Source: Saprolegnia diclina VS20 (Eukaryota). Taken from it: DNA of 25,441 nt. A program made the position numbers and the translations under genes. A model generated the notes under the pieces. That model saw nothing but the letters and a program-made list of their open reading frames with translations, searched no databases and was not told the DNA's origin. Location: the NCBI RefSeq assembly GCF_000281045.1, contig NW_008246112.1, positions 476,333 through 501,773 of the forward strand, written 5' to 3'. Shown piece by piece: positions 10,993-20,902 of the stretch (its first letter is position 1; the number at the start of each line of letters is the position of its first letter).

Positions 10993-11685
10993 TTAGACAA
11001 CGTAGCCGGCAAGCGTGTCCTTGGGCCCAAAGTTGCAAGCGTTGGGCGTGTACGAGTCGGTGTGCGTCGCCAACTGGGCAATGGTACAGCAGCTGCAGAA
11101 GAACGAGCAGAGGCAGTCTTCGCACACGTTGCCCGGAATCGCAAAGATCGCGCGGACGCGCGTCCGGACGTACATGAGCGCGACGACGACGAGGACGGAG
11201 ACGACCCACATGATGTAGATCCACGCGTTGTAGCCCGAGCAGATCTCGTAGTCGTAGCTCCAGCTGCTGTACGCAACGCAGGTACGGCCGATCGAGACCG
11301 CGAGGACCCACGTGAGCACCTGCGCAAGGTACATCGTGGCAAAGACGAGGAGCGTGTTGGTGTACGTGAAGAGGCCGACGCGGTGGAGGGTCTGGGCGAG
11401 CGAGATGCACGGGCACCAGTACGCCATGCAGCAGTTCGGGATCATGTCCGAAAAGCAAGCGCAAATGTCGGCCTTCCAGCGACCGACGACGAGGCCGTTG
11501 GCATCGAGACCAGCGTCGACAACGACGACGTTCATTGCGACGGTAGGCTGGACGAGGACGGCGTCGGCAACGGGCGCGTACTCGGTCACCGGGACATACT
11601 CGGTGGGCGCGTCCGCCTTGGGCGACGGGACGGGCGTCGTCGGCTTCTGGGGCTCGGCGGCCGTGGCGGGTTCCGTGACGCTCAT
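10993..11685 (-). CDS. PLAC8-family Cys-rich membrane protein, copy E (intronless)
   Basis: 230 aa ORF with WKADICACF, CCMAYWCPC, RTRVRAIFAIPG and EDCLCSFFCSCCTIAQ. Confidence 0.9.
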   Translation of the reverse strand: MSVTEPATAAEPQKPTTPVPSPKADAPTEYVPVTEYAPVADAVLVQPTVAMNVVVVDAGLDANGLVVGRWKADICACFSDMIPNCCMAYWCPCISLAQTLHRVGLFTYTNTLLVFATMYLAQVLTWVLAVSIGRTCVAYSSWSYDYEICSGYNAWIYIMWVVSVLVVVALMYVRTRVRAIFAIPGNVCEDCLCSFFCSCCTIAQLATHTDSYTPNACNFGPKDTLAGYVV

Positions 11686-12853
11686 GGTGTAGTTGACCGA
11701 GGAAAAGTGAGAGTGGGGATCGGCTTCGAGCGAATGGCGATCCGCTGTTCGATCTTGTTCCTTGCACAGTGTCGTCGCTCGAAATTTTCCAACTGTGTTT
11801 CACTATGTACATACGAACCGCAAGTGGTTTCGAACGCACGCACTTCAATAAGCTTCGATGCACACGCGACAGGCCAATGATAACGTGCCTTCCTTGAAGA
11901 AGTGTTAGGTCAGGGAGACCGAGGCAGTCAAGGTACGCACGCCATTTCTATTAGGCTCGTGCTCGCAATCACCCGGATCGTCCAGACGAAGGGGGTTGGG
12001 AGAAGAAGCGTTTACGAAGGAGGTTGGTTGGGTTGCATTCTTCGCAGGCTTGTTGTTGGAGCGTGCTGGACTTATTGATGGCGGAGGTTTGTCCGGTGAG
12101 AATTCAGTGACCGAGTATCTTTGCTCAAGTTTCCCCATTCCCAGCAGTCGACTTTCCACCTGCCTGTCAGCGGTTGTCGCGAAACGAGATTCTTGAAGCT
12201 GGAAACTGGTGGGCACAATCAATGGTTATCAGTTCAATCCGACGACCACAGTTTCATAGGCGAAACTTGTCTCGAGACCAGATGACCTTGCTTGAACTTG
12301 ATTCTTCTCTAGCAACATCATTCAGGCCGAGCTGGCTGGGTGGGCGGTTGAAGAGGGCGATGGTGTTGGCACCCAGGCGCTGGGAGGAGGTGACTTGTGG
12401 CTCTTGCCTGGCCTCGTCAGCAAGTCTGTTTTGATTCTGCAAAGTAGCTCCTTCATTTCATGTCTGATCGGTTGAAGAACAAGTTCGAAAACCCAAAGGG
12501 AGACGCACTCATGCTCAGACGACAGTGGAGTGGCTCGAAACGTTGTGTCGGTCCACCGCTCTTGGCGCTGCACTAGAACACGGCGCAGCTGTACTGTAGT
12601 ACTGTAGCGTGGGAATGCTTGACGGCGCACGCAAGAATACGGTTCACTGGCTCGGCTCATCGGCTTGACGACAGTACTACAGAGTAAAGTCGCCTGCTCA
12701 ACGGTAAGCAAGTCAGCTCACAGATCGCGAGATCGAGGAATACAAGTACGCGATCGCCGATGGGTCGTTCCTGACACGACGCATTCCCACAGGTCGAATC
12801 ACAGAGCGATCCCGACCCCAAAGCACCAGAAGTGCACTTGACACTTCCACGCA

Positions 12854-13143
12854 NNNNNNNNNNNNNNNNNNNNNNNNNNNNNNNNNNNNNNNNNNNNNNN
12901 NNNNNNNNNNNNNNNNNNNNNNNNNNNNNNNNNNNNNNNNNNNNNNNNNNNNNNNNNNNNNNNNNNNNNNNNNNNNNNNNNNNNNNNNNNNNNNNNNNNN
13001 NNNNNNNNNNNNNNNNNNNNNNNNNNNNNNNNNNNNNNNNNNNNNNNNNNNNNNNNNNNNNNNNNNNNNNNNNNNNNNNNNNNNNNNNNNNNNNNNNNNN
13101 NNNNNNNNNNNNNNNNNNNNNNNNNNNNNNNNNNNNNNNNNNN
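12854..13143. other. Assembly gap (290 N)
   Basis: Run of N. Confidence 1.
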
Positions 13144-13406
13144 TCGGGGTTGCTGCGCGGGATGTAGAAAGGCTGCACGCCGCAGACGCTGCAGAACTGG
13201 TGCTTGGCCGTGTGCGTGTTGAACGTGTACGTTGTGAGCTTGTCGGCGCCGGCCGTGAGGCGGAAGGCTGCGCTGGGCACGATCGTGTGGACGTTCTTCT
13301 TCATCGCGCAGATCGAGCAGTTGCAGTCCCACGCGACGAGGTTGGCCGGCGCCTCAAACTCGAACGTCACGGCCTTGCAGTGGCAGTACCCCGTGTGCTG
13401 GACCAT
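13144..13406 (-). CDS. CENP-V / GFA (Mss4-like Zn-binding) family protein, 3' end lost in the gap
   Basis: MVQHTGYCHCKAV...DCNCSIC...TYTFNTHTAKHQFCSVCGVQPFYIPRSNP shows the CxC, CxCxxC and CxxC pattern plus the FYxPRSNP motif typical of CENP-V-like proteins. Confidence 0.9.
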
Positions 13407-13410
13407 CGCT

Positions 13411-13427
13411 TGCCAATTTCGAAATGG
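13411..13427 (-). promoter_or_regulatory. Oomycete Inr/FPR-like core promoter of the CENP-V/GFA gene
   Basis: Minus strand reads CCATTTCGAAATTGGCA immediately upstream of the ATG. Confidence 0.5.
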
Positions 13428-13629
13428 TCGTTCTTATTTGTGGTCAATAATGGCACCACGCCATATTTAAGGACCCATCGATGTTTCCTCGAACATTGCA
13501 CCTGGTCAAAACACCGCATGACGCCGAGGCATGATAAATGGAAGGGAGATTCAGGACAAACGCATATTTCTTCTTGGCCCGCAACGTTGTAGGATCGTGT
13601 AATAGCGTAGAAGATAGCCGAGTTTAGAG

Positions 13630-14445
13630 TTAGAGGTCGATTTCGCCAGTGAACGTCTGCTCGGCGGGCCCAATCAAGTAGACATTTGAGAACGTTGCGC
13701 CGTCGTCTTCGAAGCGAATCTCGAGGCAGTCGCCGCTTTCAACATTGACGCGGACTGGCGACGTAAAGTGATGCGTCCGCGCTGTTACGAGAACAGCCGC
13801 GGCCACGCCAGTGCCGCAAGCCAGCGTCTCGACCTCGACGCCGCGCTCGTACGAGCGGATCGCAAGGCGGTTGTGGCCGAGCACCTGGACAAAGTTGACA
13901 TTCGTGCCGCGCGGCGCATAGTGGGCGTGGTGCCGCACCTCGCGGCCAACGGCCTGCACGTCGACCGCCCGAACATCCGGCACGAAGAGAATGGCATGGG
14001 GTACGCCCGTGTTGGCAAAATGCACGCTCGTCGTCGGACTCTGCTGCAGTGCGATTATCTCGTGGAAGCGAGCATCCTTTGGTGCTGGAAGCGCAATAGC
14101 AATCGTATTGTCCGGTGCGGCCGCAACGGAGACGACGCCAGCGCCTGTCTCGAACGTGAACGGGTCGCGGTTGCCGACGTTGTCGTGAACGAAACGGCCA
14201 AAGCAGCGCGCTCCGTTACCACACATGTCGGCCGTGTCGCCGTCGCTCTGGAGAAAGGTCCACGCCCAATCAGCCACGCCCGTGCGCGACTTCTCCCAGA
14301 GCAAGATACCAGCGGCGCCGACACCGCGGAAGCGGTCGCAGATGTGAATGGCTTGCGCCGGCGTGAGGCTGAGGCCTCGCGTGCGATTGTCGACGAGGAC
14401 AAAGTCGTTGCCGGCGCCTTGCATCTTGGTGAACGGTACCTTCAT
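13630..14445 (-). CDS. dapF: Diaminopimelate epimerase (intronless)
   Basis: FTKMQGAGNDF, both catalytic Cys motifs (MCGNGARC and ETLACGTG), GVPHA, GTNVNF and YERGV are present. The first in-frame ATG (14445) lies in a GCCACCATG context. Confidence 0.92.
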   Translation of the reverse strand: MKVPFTKMQGAGNDFVLVDNRTRGLSLTPAQAIHICDRFRGVGAAGILLWEKSRTGVADWAWTFLQSDGDTADMCGNGARCFGRFVHDNVGNRDPFTFETGAGVVSVAAAPDNTIAIALPAPKDARFHEIIALQQSPTTSVHFANTGVPHAILFVPDVRAVDVQAVGREVRHHAHYAPRGTNVNFVQVLGHNRLAIRSYERGVEVETLACGTGVAAAVLVTARTHHFTSPVRVNVESGDCLEIRFEDDGATFSNVYLIGPAEQTFTGEIDL

Positions 14446-15156
14446 GGTGGCGCTCACTTGGGTGATGCGTGGATGGATGCTTGGAAGAGTGGCGCTGGAG
14501 TTGGCTCATACTGGAAGTAGCCAATGGGCTTTCAAGACACAGAGTATGCTCATTTCATTGGTCAATACCGTGACAGGCTGATTTAACACCATTAAGCGAC
14601 GGCTTCTTCGGAACCAATAAAAATATACAAAAGCACTATAGGTTGGCTGATAGATTGGCATGAATTGAATTTGGTTCGCCATTCAATGACGTGCATCTCC
14701 TTAATAGTATTAATAGTGTTTACAAAACGACGTATTGCAGTTCAGTAGCCCAAGACTCCTGTCTTTGAAAGGAATGCTTTCGTGCTGGGTCATGTCTCCT
14801 TTCCAATGCCCGCCTACGTTGCGCCTGCGTCTCGATGGCGACTGGAAGTACGCTGCTTGAGCTCGCTGGTTGAAGTGGCCCTGCTAACACTATTTAAATA
14901 CATACTTCATCCAATCAAACGCGCTAATGACATATCCAAGCTCTAGGATTCGTGCGTATTTTATTTTCTCAATTTAATATCCAATTGGCAGCACATCCTG
15001 CCTACCAACGTGAAATAGAAAATTGAGATCGCATCAAAACGCATGCATTTTATTCCTCACACTACCCTTCGATTAAGTTTCCTGTTGAAGTGCGAACCCT
15101 TGCCAATCAGCGCAACGAAGCACCTTGCAGGACGGTCGCCAGCAAATACGATCGCC

Positions 15157-15173
15157 CCATTTCGACATCTTCC
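15157..15173 (+). promoter_or_regulatory. Oomycete Inr/FPR-like core promoter of C69 paralog 4
   Basis: CCATTTCGACATCTTCC lies just upstream of the ATG at 15182 and shares CCATTTCGA with the CENP-V motif. Confidence 0.5.
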
Positions 15174-15181
15174 GCCACTTG

Positions 15182-17264
15182 ATGCATCTTCTGCTGTCGA
15201 CCGTGCTCCTTGGCGTCGCCGCTCTCGCCCGCGGCGCCGCAGACGACTGGGACCGGTGCACGGCCATCGCAGTCGGCCGAAATGTGCATCACCTCTCGCA
15301 CGACCGAGCTCATGCGAATGGTATCGTAGGCCTCGACGACAGGCGCGCCCATGACGACCCACGCGTCTGACTGCAGCACCTGCGACTTTCGCATCGGCAA
15401 GGTCCCGGCAAAGACCCACGGGCCTAACGCAACCCGGGATCTAATCACGTTTCGCCTCGAGTACCCTCGCTACGGTGGGCCGCACTCTCTTGAATGGGAT
15501 AACTCACAAGCATCTATGTAGTCGGAGACGGGCGCGGTGACGTGTACACGCTGGCCAACGTCGACTCGTCGGTATTCAACTGGACGGCGTCGCCGTCGAT
15601 GGGCTCGATCCCGCAGGTGCCATCGACCCACGCCTACATTTCTGGCTTGTACGCGATCATGAACGAGCACCAAGTGTCCATGGGCGAATGCACGTGCTCT
15701 GGGCGGCTCATCAGCGTGCCCGTAAGCGCGGGTGGGAAGGCTCTCTTTGACATCTCGGAGCTATCGCACGTGGCGATGGAACGGGCGACGACGGCGCGGG
15801 AAGCGATCGCAGTCATGGGCGAGCTTGCCGAGACGTATGGGTACTACGGCGCCGTCTGGGACGGTCCCAATGCAGTGTTTGAAGCCGGTGAGACGCTCAC
15901 TGTCGTCGACACGACCGAGGCGTGGGTCTTTCACATCCACCCGGATGACACGGGCGCGTCAGCGGTCTGGGTCGCGCAGCGCGTGCCTGACAACGACATT
16001 GCGGTCATTGCCAACCAGTTTATCATCCAGCACGTCAACTTGAGCGACAGCGCCAACTATATGGGCTCGAAAAACATGGTCGACGTTGCGATTCGGGCTC
16101 GATTGTACGACCCGTCGGTCAATGGCACGTTCAACTTTGCCCGCGTCTACTCGCATCCGCTCGTGCCCGACCAGTACTACGCCACGCGTCGCCAGTGGCG
16201 CGTCCTTACGCTCGCCAACACGCACCTAGAGCTGAGCCCGATGACGGATGTGTATGGCCTCAGCTATCCCTTCTCGACGCCGGTACGCTGACGCATGGTT
16301 TTATTGCCTCGATGTATCTGACCCGTAGGTCTCGTCGCGACTCTCGCCAGACGATCTCATGGCGTACCAGCGCGACCACTATGAGGGCTCAGCCTACGAC
16401 CTGACGCAGGGTCCGGCCGCGGGGCCGTACGGCAACCCCGATCGCTACGGTGCGTCGGTAATATCAATGTTTCAAAACATAAGTTGCGTGCGGATAGATA
16501 TCAACTTCAACGGCAACATGACCAAGGCAACGGCGCTGACAGGTCACTTTGAGCGCGCGATTTCCATCTTTCGGGCGAGCTACTCCTTTGTGGCGGTGCC
16601 GGACAAGTCGAACGCGTACATGGCGACGCTGTGGTTCGGACAGTACGCGCCGCACGCAACATCGTACGTGCCTGTCTACGCCCACGCAAATGCTGTCCCG
16701 TCAGGAATGGCGACCGGGTCGTTGCACCGATTCGAGATGACGACGTCCATGTACTGGGCGTTTGCCGTCGTCGGCAACTGGATGACGCGCTTTTACGTCG
16801 TCATCGCGCCGGTCGTGCGTGCGGTGCAAGCCGAGCTCGAGGGCGCGCTGATGCTGCGTCAGACCAACGTCTCGAAGAGCGTGTTCGCGCTGGGAGAGAA
16901 TGCGACCGCAATCACCGCATACCTCCAGACGCAGTCGGACGCTGCCGCGCAAGCCACGCACGTGCGCTTTCAAGAGCTCTTTGGAAACCTCGTGACGCGC
17001 TTCCACGACGGCTACGAGATGCGCAACCTCACGAAGGCGCCATCGATCGCCATGTCGTCGCTCTTCTACCCCGAAACTTGGCTCCATGACGTCGGGTACT
17101 TTGACGAGCTGCCGACGCGCCCACAAGCGCCGCCCGCGACCGTGTCGAGCACTGTCGTGTACGCGTTCGTCGCGCTTGCGCTCGTGGTTTGTGGCAGCGT
17201 CGGCTTCTTCATTGGCGTCAAGTTTTACATGCGCCAAAAGCACGGCTACACAAGCATTCTATGA
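15182..17264 (+). CDS. Peptidase C69 / secernin-like Ntn-hydrolase, paralog 4 (4 introns: 15284-15329, 15475-15521, 16283-16328, 16450-16497)
   Basis: MHLLLSTVLLGVAALARGAADDWDRCTAIAVGRN gives a signal peptide plus Cys. Motifs YAIMNEHQVSMGECTC, WVAQRVPD and QRDHYEG are present. GT-AG introns restore the frame. Ends in TM + RQKHGYTSIL*. Confidence 0.88.
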
Positions 17265-18106
17265 GCAGAAGCCAACACGTCTAGAAACTAGACCATCTCG
17301 TTTCATCCTTTGGACCACGTTCGTAATCAGCTGCGCAGTGGGCAGAGTGTCGTACAGGTCCCTCCGAGTCCTTCCACGTCAGCTACAGCTAATGTGCCGC
17401 AACGTGTGGGCTACTACTGCATCTGCGGGACCTTGTTACACGGCGCCCGAGCTCAGCGATGCGGCGACAAGGCGACGAGTCGAAACGTTTCGCTGCGATG
17501 CACTCCGAGCGCAAAATCGAGTATCGCCGTTTGTACCGTCGGTTGCAGTCACTACGGTTTACTCGACTGCTGCGCACGCAACGCTGCAAGATGGTGTTCC
17601 TTACATGGGCAGTCCGCGCACATGGGCGCGGCCAATGAAGCATCAGCTTGCAGCGCAGGACGAAGCGCGTGATGGCGCCTCATGCAGCATCGATGCTTGG
17701 TTGGTGCATAGACAAGGCGTTTGGCTGAGCTGGCAGCGTTGGCGGGTTGAAGCCACGCTACGGCTCGTTGGCGCGCCGAACCCAGAAAACGACCTTCGCA
17801 CAGAACACGCGAGATCGAGCAACGCGGCAGAGACGTCCACCGCTGGGTCCTCTACAGCGCTCTACGGTCGCCACGATCTCGCTCGGTCCGCAGCTTGTTT
17901 CCTGCCAGCAGGAACAGACCAAGAAAATGCAGTGCGTCGAAACCCACGTGGGGATTTCCACCAATCACGTGTCGACTCTGACCCGCACTTTCTCGGCGAA
18001 CGACCATCATTTAATGGCGTTTCACCGCTCCGACATACAAACGTTAGCATTAAACTGGATGTTTTGTCTTTAAAATACGGGGACAGGGGCCATGGGCAGA
18101 GGCGCG

Positions 18107-18122
18107 TCTGATTGGTTGAAAA
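18107..18122 (+). promoter_or_regulatory. Extended CCAAT-box-like motif (TCTGATTGGTTGAAAA)
   Basis: Resembles the extended oomycete CCAAT element. It lies about 880 bp upstream of the DDX3 ATG, so its target gene is uncertain. Confidence 0.4.
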
Positions 18123-19003
18123 GGAAATAATGCCATATCCAATGATCTCCGAACGTGTTTTAAACCGATTTCGAAGCACCTTGAAGAGACACGAGCAACC
18201 CGGGGCAAAAATCTCAAAATAGTGTAAGGTGAACGGCCTCGATGCCATTCGTGCCCAACGAGCATGTCTGTTCACTACTACCGCAGCGCATTTAAGAGAG
18301 GTTGCGAAGCGGAACGCAGTGTAGTAGCTGACGGGTCGTGATAATTTGGCCAAGGACTGTCGTGCTTGTCCATTGCACTGGACGTGTGTTCCGAGGTGGC
18401 GTTTGAACCTGGCTTCACACAAAGCAAGAAGATTCCTCCTGGCGCCTTTCTTGGCGCGCTTCCTGTTGACACACTTCCTCGTGACGGAAGTGAAGCTCCT
18501 GCGCATCAGGTACTTATAAAATGGTGTTGTCCTCTAGATGTGGCGGCTGTGTTGTGGTGCGCTGTGTCATGGCCACGAGAAGTCCATCACACCATCAAAC
18601 TCGTACATCCCGACGATGCGTTGCCAAGGCAGCCCTTGCTGCGGCTACTTCGACTTGCGCTTCAACCCGCGGCTACTGCCATTCATCTCGTCACATCTTC
18701 GCGGCGGCGCACACCGTTGCTCTCAGTTCTATGTCCTGATGTCAGACTGCACAGAAAAGAGCGTGCGTAGCATGCAGCGCCTCGATCAACAGCAAAATGC
18801 GGTGCATGGCGCATCGTGCTCTGCAACGACGCGGTGAAGTGATGCGGCCCACCGCCACGTCAGCGCGAGGACACTGACTACCATACACTATTTACGTTCA
18901 AAAGAACACTTCGTGTTTTAAACACATTCACAGCGCCAAGGTGTTGGAAACCACCCGTCGCTTCGACGGAATCGCCAAAGTTAGAATTTCTGACGCAAAA
19001 TTA

Positions 19004-20902
19004 ATGGACGGAAGCCAACCTCGTAGCAGATACGTCCCTCCGCACCTCCGCGGGGCCGACGACCGCAGCAGCAACCATGGCAGCGAGCGCGGCTCCGAGC
19101 GTGGCGACGATCGCCGTGGCGGCTACGGTGCCCGTGGTGGCCGCGACAACCACCGCGAACCCCCGGCCACGAACTCGCGCTGGTCTTCGTTCGAGTCGGC
19201 GCCCCGTGACAACTACCGTGGCGGCGGCGGTGGCCGTGAAGGCGGCTACTCGCGTGACGGTCCTCGTGAAGGTGGCTTCTCGCGCGGCGGCGGTGGCGGC
19301 GGCGGCTACGGCGGCCCGCGCAAGAACCGCATTGGCTTTTATGGCGACATGAACCCGAACGCGCGCCTCGAGCAAGAGCTCTTTGGCGACTGCCAGTCGT
19401 CGGGCATCAACTTCGACAGCTACGATGACATTCCCGTCGAGACGAGCGGTGAAGGCGTTCCGCCGCCGGTCACGACCTTTAACGAAGCCGAGCTCGGCCC
19501 CGAAGTTTGCAAGAACCTCGAGCACTGCCGCTACGACAAGCCGACGCCTGTCCAGAAGTACTCGATCCCGATCGGTCTGGCTGGCCGCGACATGATGGCC
19601 TGTGCCCAAACGGGTTCGGGTAAGACGGGTGGTTTCCTCTTCCCCACACTCGCGTCCATGCTCCGTAACGGTCCCGCCAGCATTGATGAGGAGACCGCGA
19701 GCGGTGGTCGCCGCCGCAAGATCTTCCCGTCGGCGCTTATCTTGGCGCCCACGCGCGAGCTCGCGTCGCAGATTTACGACGAAGCCAAGAAGTTCTGCTA
19801 CTGCACGGGTATTGCCCCGGTCGTCGTCTACGGTGGCGCCGACGTTGGCAGCCAGCTTCGCAACCTTGAGCGCGGCTGCGACATGATGGTCGCCACGCCC
19901 GGTCGCCTTGTCGACTTGATTGAGCGCGGCCGCGTCTCGCTCGCCGGCATCCAGTTCCTCATCTTGGACGAAGCCGATCGCATGCTCGACATGGGTTTCG
20001 AACCGCAGATTCGCCGCATCGTCGAGCAGGAAGACATGTCGCGCGAGCGCCAGACGTTCATGTTCTCGGCCACGTTCCCGCGCGAGATCCAGCGCTTGGC
20101 CTCAGACTTTCTGCGCGACTACATCTTCTTGACGGTCGGCCGCGTCGGCGCCGCCTCCAAGGACGTCAAGCAGACGGTCGTGTACGTCGACCCGCAGGAC
20201 AAGGAAGACTACCTCATCCGCTTCCTCAACCAAGTCCAGGACGGCCTCATCCTCGTGTTCGTCGAGACGAAGCGCGCGGCCGACTTCCTCGAAGATATGC
20301 TCTGCCACGAAGGCTTCCCGGCCACGTCGATCCACGGTGACCGCTCGCAGCGTGAGCGTGAAGAGGCGCTTGCGTCGTTCCGCTCGGGCCGCACGCCTGT
20401 GCTTGTCGCGACGGACGTCGCCGCCCGTGGTCTCGATATCTCGGGCGTGACGCAGGTCATCAACTACGACTTGCCGTCCAACATTGACGACTACGTCCAC
20501 CGCATCGGTCGTACGGGCCGTGTCGGTAACGTCGGTAACGCGCTCTCGATGGTCAACGACAAGAACCGCAACATCATCCGCGAGCTCCACGAACTCCTCC
20601 TCGAGAACGGCCAGGAGTGCCCCGACTGGCTCGGCCAGATGCACCAGAGCAGCTTTGGCCGCGGCGGCGGTCGTGGCGGCGGTCGTGGTGGCCGTGGCGG
20701 CGGCTCGTCGCGCTTCGGCGCCCGCGATTTCCGGAAAGAGGGCGGCGGTGCTCCGTCGCGCCCGGCCGGTGGCGACCGCGGTGGCTACGGCGGTGACCGC
20801 GGTGGCGCTGGCTATGGTGGCGGCTACGGCGGTGGCAACGGCGGCGGCTACGGCGGCAGCTCGGGCGGCTACCGTGGCGGCAGCGACAACAGCGCCTGGT
20901 AG
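19004..20902 (+). CDS. DDX3: DEAD-box RNA helicase of the DDX3/Ded1 subfamily (intronless)
   Basis: ATG at 19004. N-terminal YVPPHLR motif, GINFDxYDDIPVE, Q motif, [21 protein letters not shown] and HRIGRTGR are present, with RGG-rich N- and C-terminal tails. Confidence 0.95.
   Translation: MDGSQPRSRYVPPHLRGADDRSSNHGSERGSERGDDRRGGYGARGGRDNHREPPATNSRWSSFESAPRDNYRGGGGGREGGYSRDGPREGGFSRGGGGGGGYGGPRKNRIGFYGDMNPNARLEQELFGDCQSSGINFDSYDDIPVETSGEGVPPPVTTFNEAELGPEVCKNLEHCRYDKPTPVQKYSIPIGLAGRDMMACAQTGSGKTGGFLFPTLASMLRNGPASIDEETASGGRRRKIFPSALILAPTRELASQIYDEAKKFCYCTGIAPVVVYGGADVGSQLRNLERGCDMMVATPGRLVDLIERGRVSLAGIQFLILDEADRMLDMGFEPQIRRIVEQEDMSRERQTFMFSATFPREIQRLASDFLRDYIFLTVGRVGAASKDVKQTVVYVDPQDKEDYLIRFLNQVQDGLILVFVETKRAADFLEDMLCHEGFPATSIHGDRSQREREEALASFRSGRTPVLVATDVAARGLDISGVTQVINYDLPSNIDDYVHRIGRTGRVGNVGNALSMVNDKNRNIIRELHELLLENGQECPDWLGQMHQSSFGRGGGRGGGRGGRGGGSSRFGARDFRKEGGGAPSRPAGGDRGGYGGDRGGAGYGGGYGGGNGGGYGGSSGGYRGGSDNSAW

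Noticed and set aside
10461..11342. 293 aa ORF apparently fusing PLAC8 copy E region to copy D
   Set aside because: It runs in an alternative frame of E and through its AT-rich 3' flank. It is open by chance and reaches the PLAC8 frame only after D's frameshift.
12657..13406. 249 aa ORF extending the CENP-V/GFA protein through the gap
   Set aside because: Artifact of translating Ns. The missing C-terminus would fit inside the gap, and the sequence beyond it shows no family motif.
13630..14445. dapF as bacterial contamination
   Set aside because: It is contiguous, without a gap, with the intron-containing C69 paralog 4 and has a eukaryotic start context.
17086..18111. 341 aa plus-strand ORF, and the overlapping 214 aa minus-strand ORF at 17862-18506
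   Set aside because: The 341 aa ORF begins out of frame inside C69 paralog 4. Neither ORF shows a recognisable domain or the strong GC3 codon bias of the real genes.
20650..20890. GGC/GGT-rich repetitive tract (also around 19210-19320)
   Set aside because: Encodes the normal RGG/Gly-rich disordered tails of DDX3/Ded1 and is not an independent repeat.
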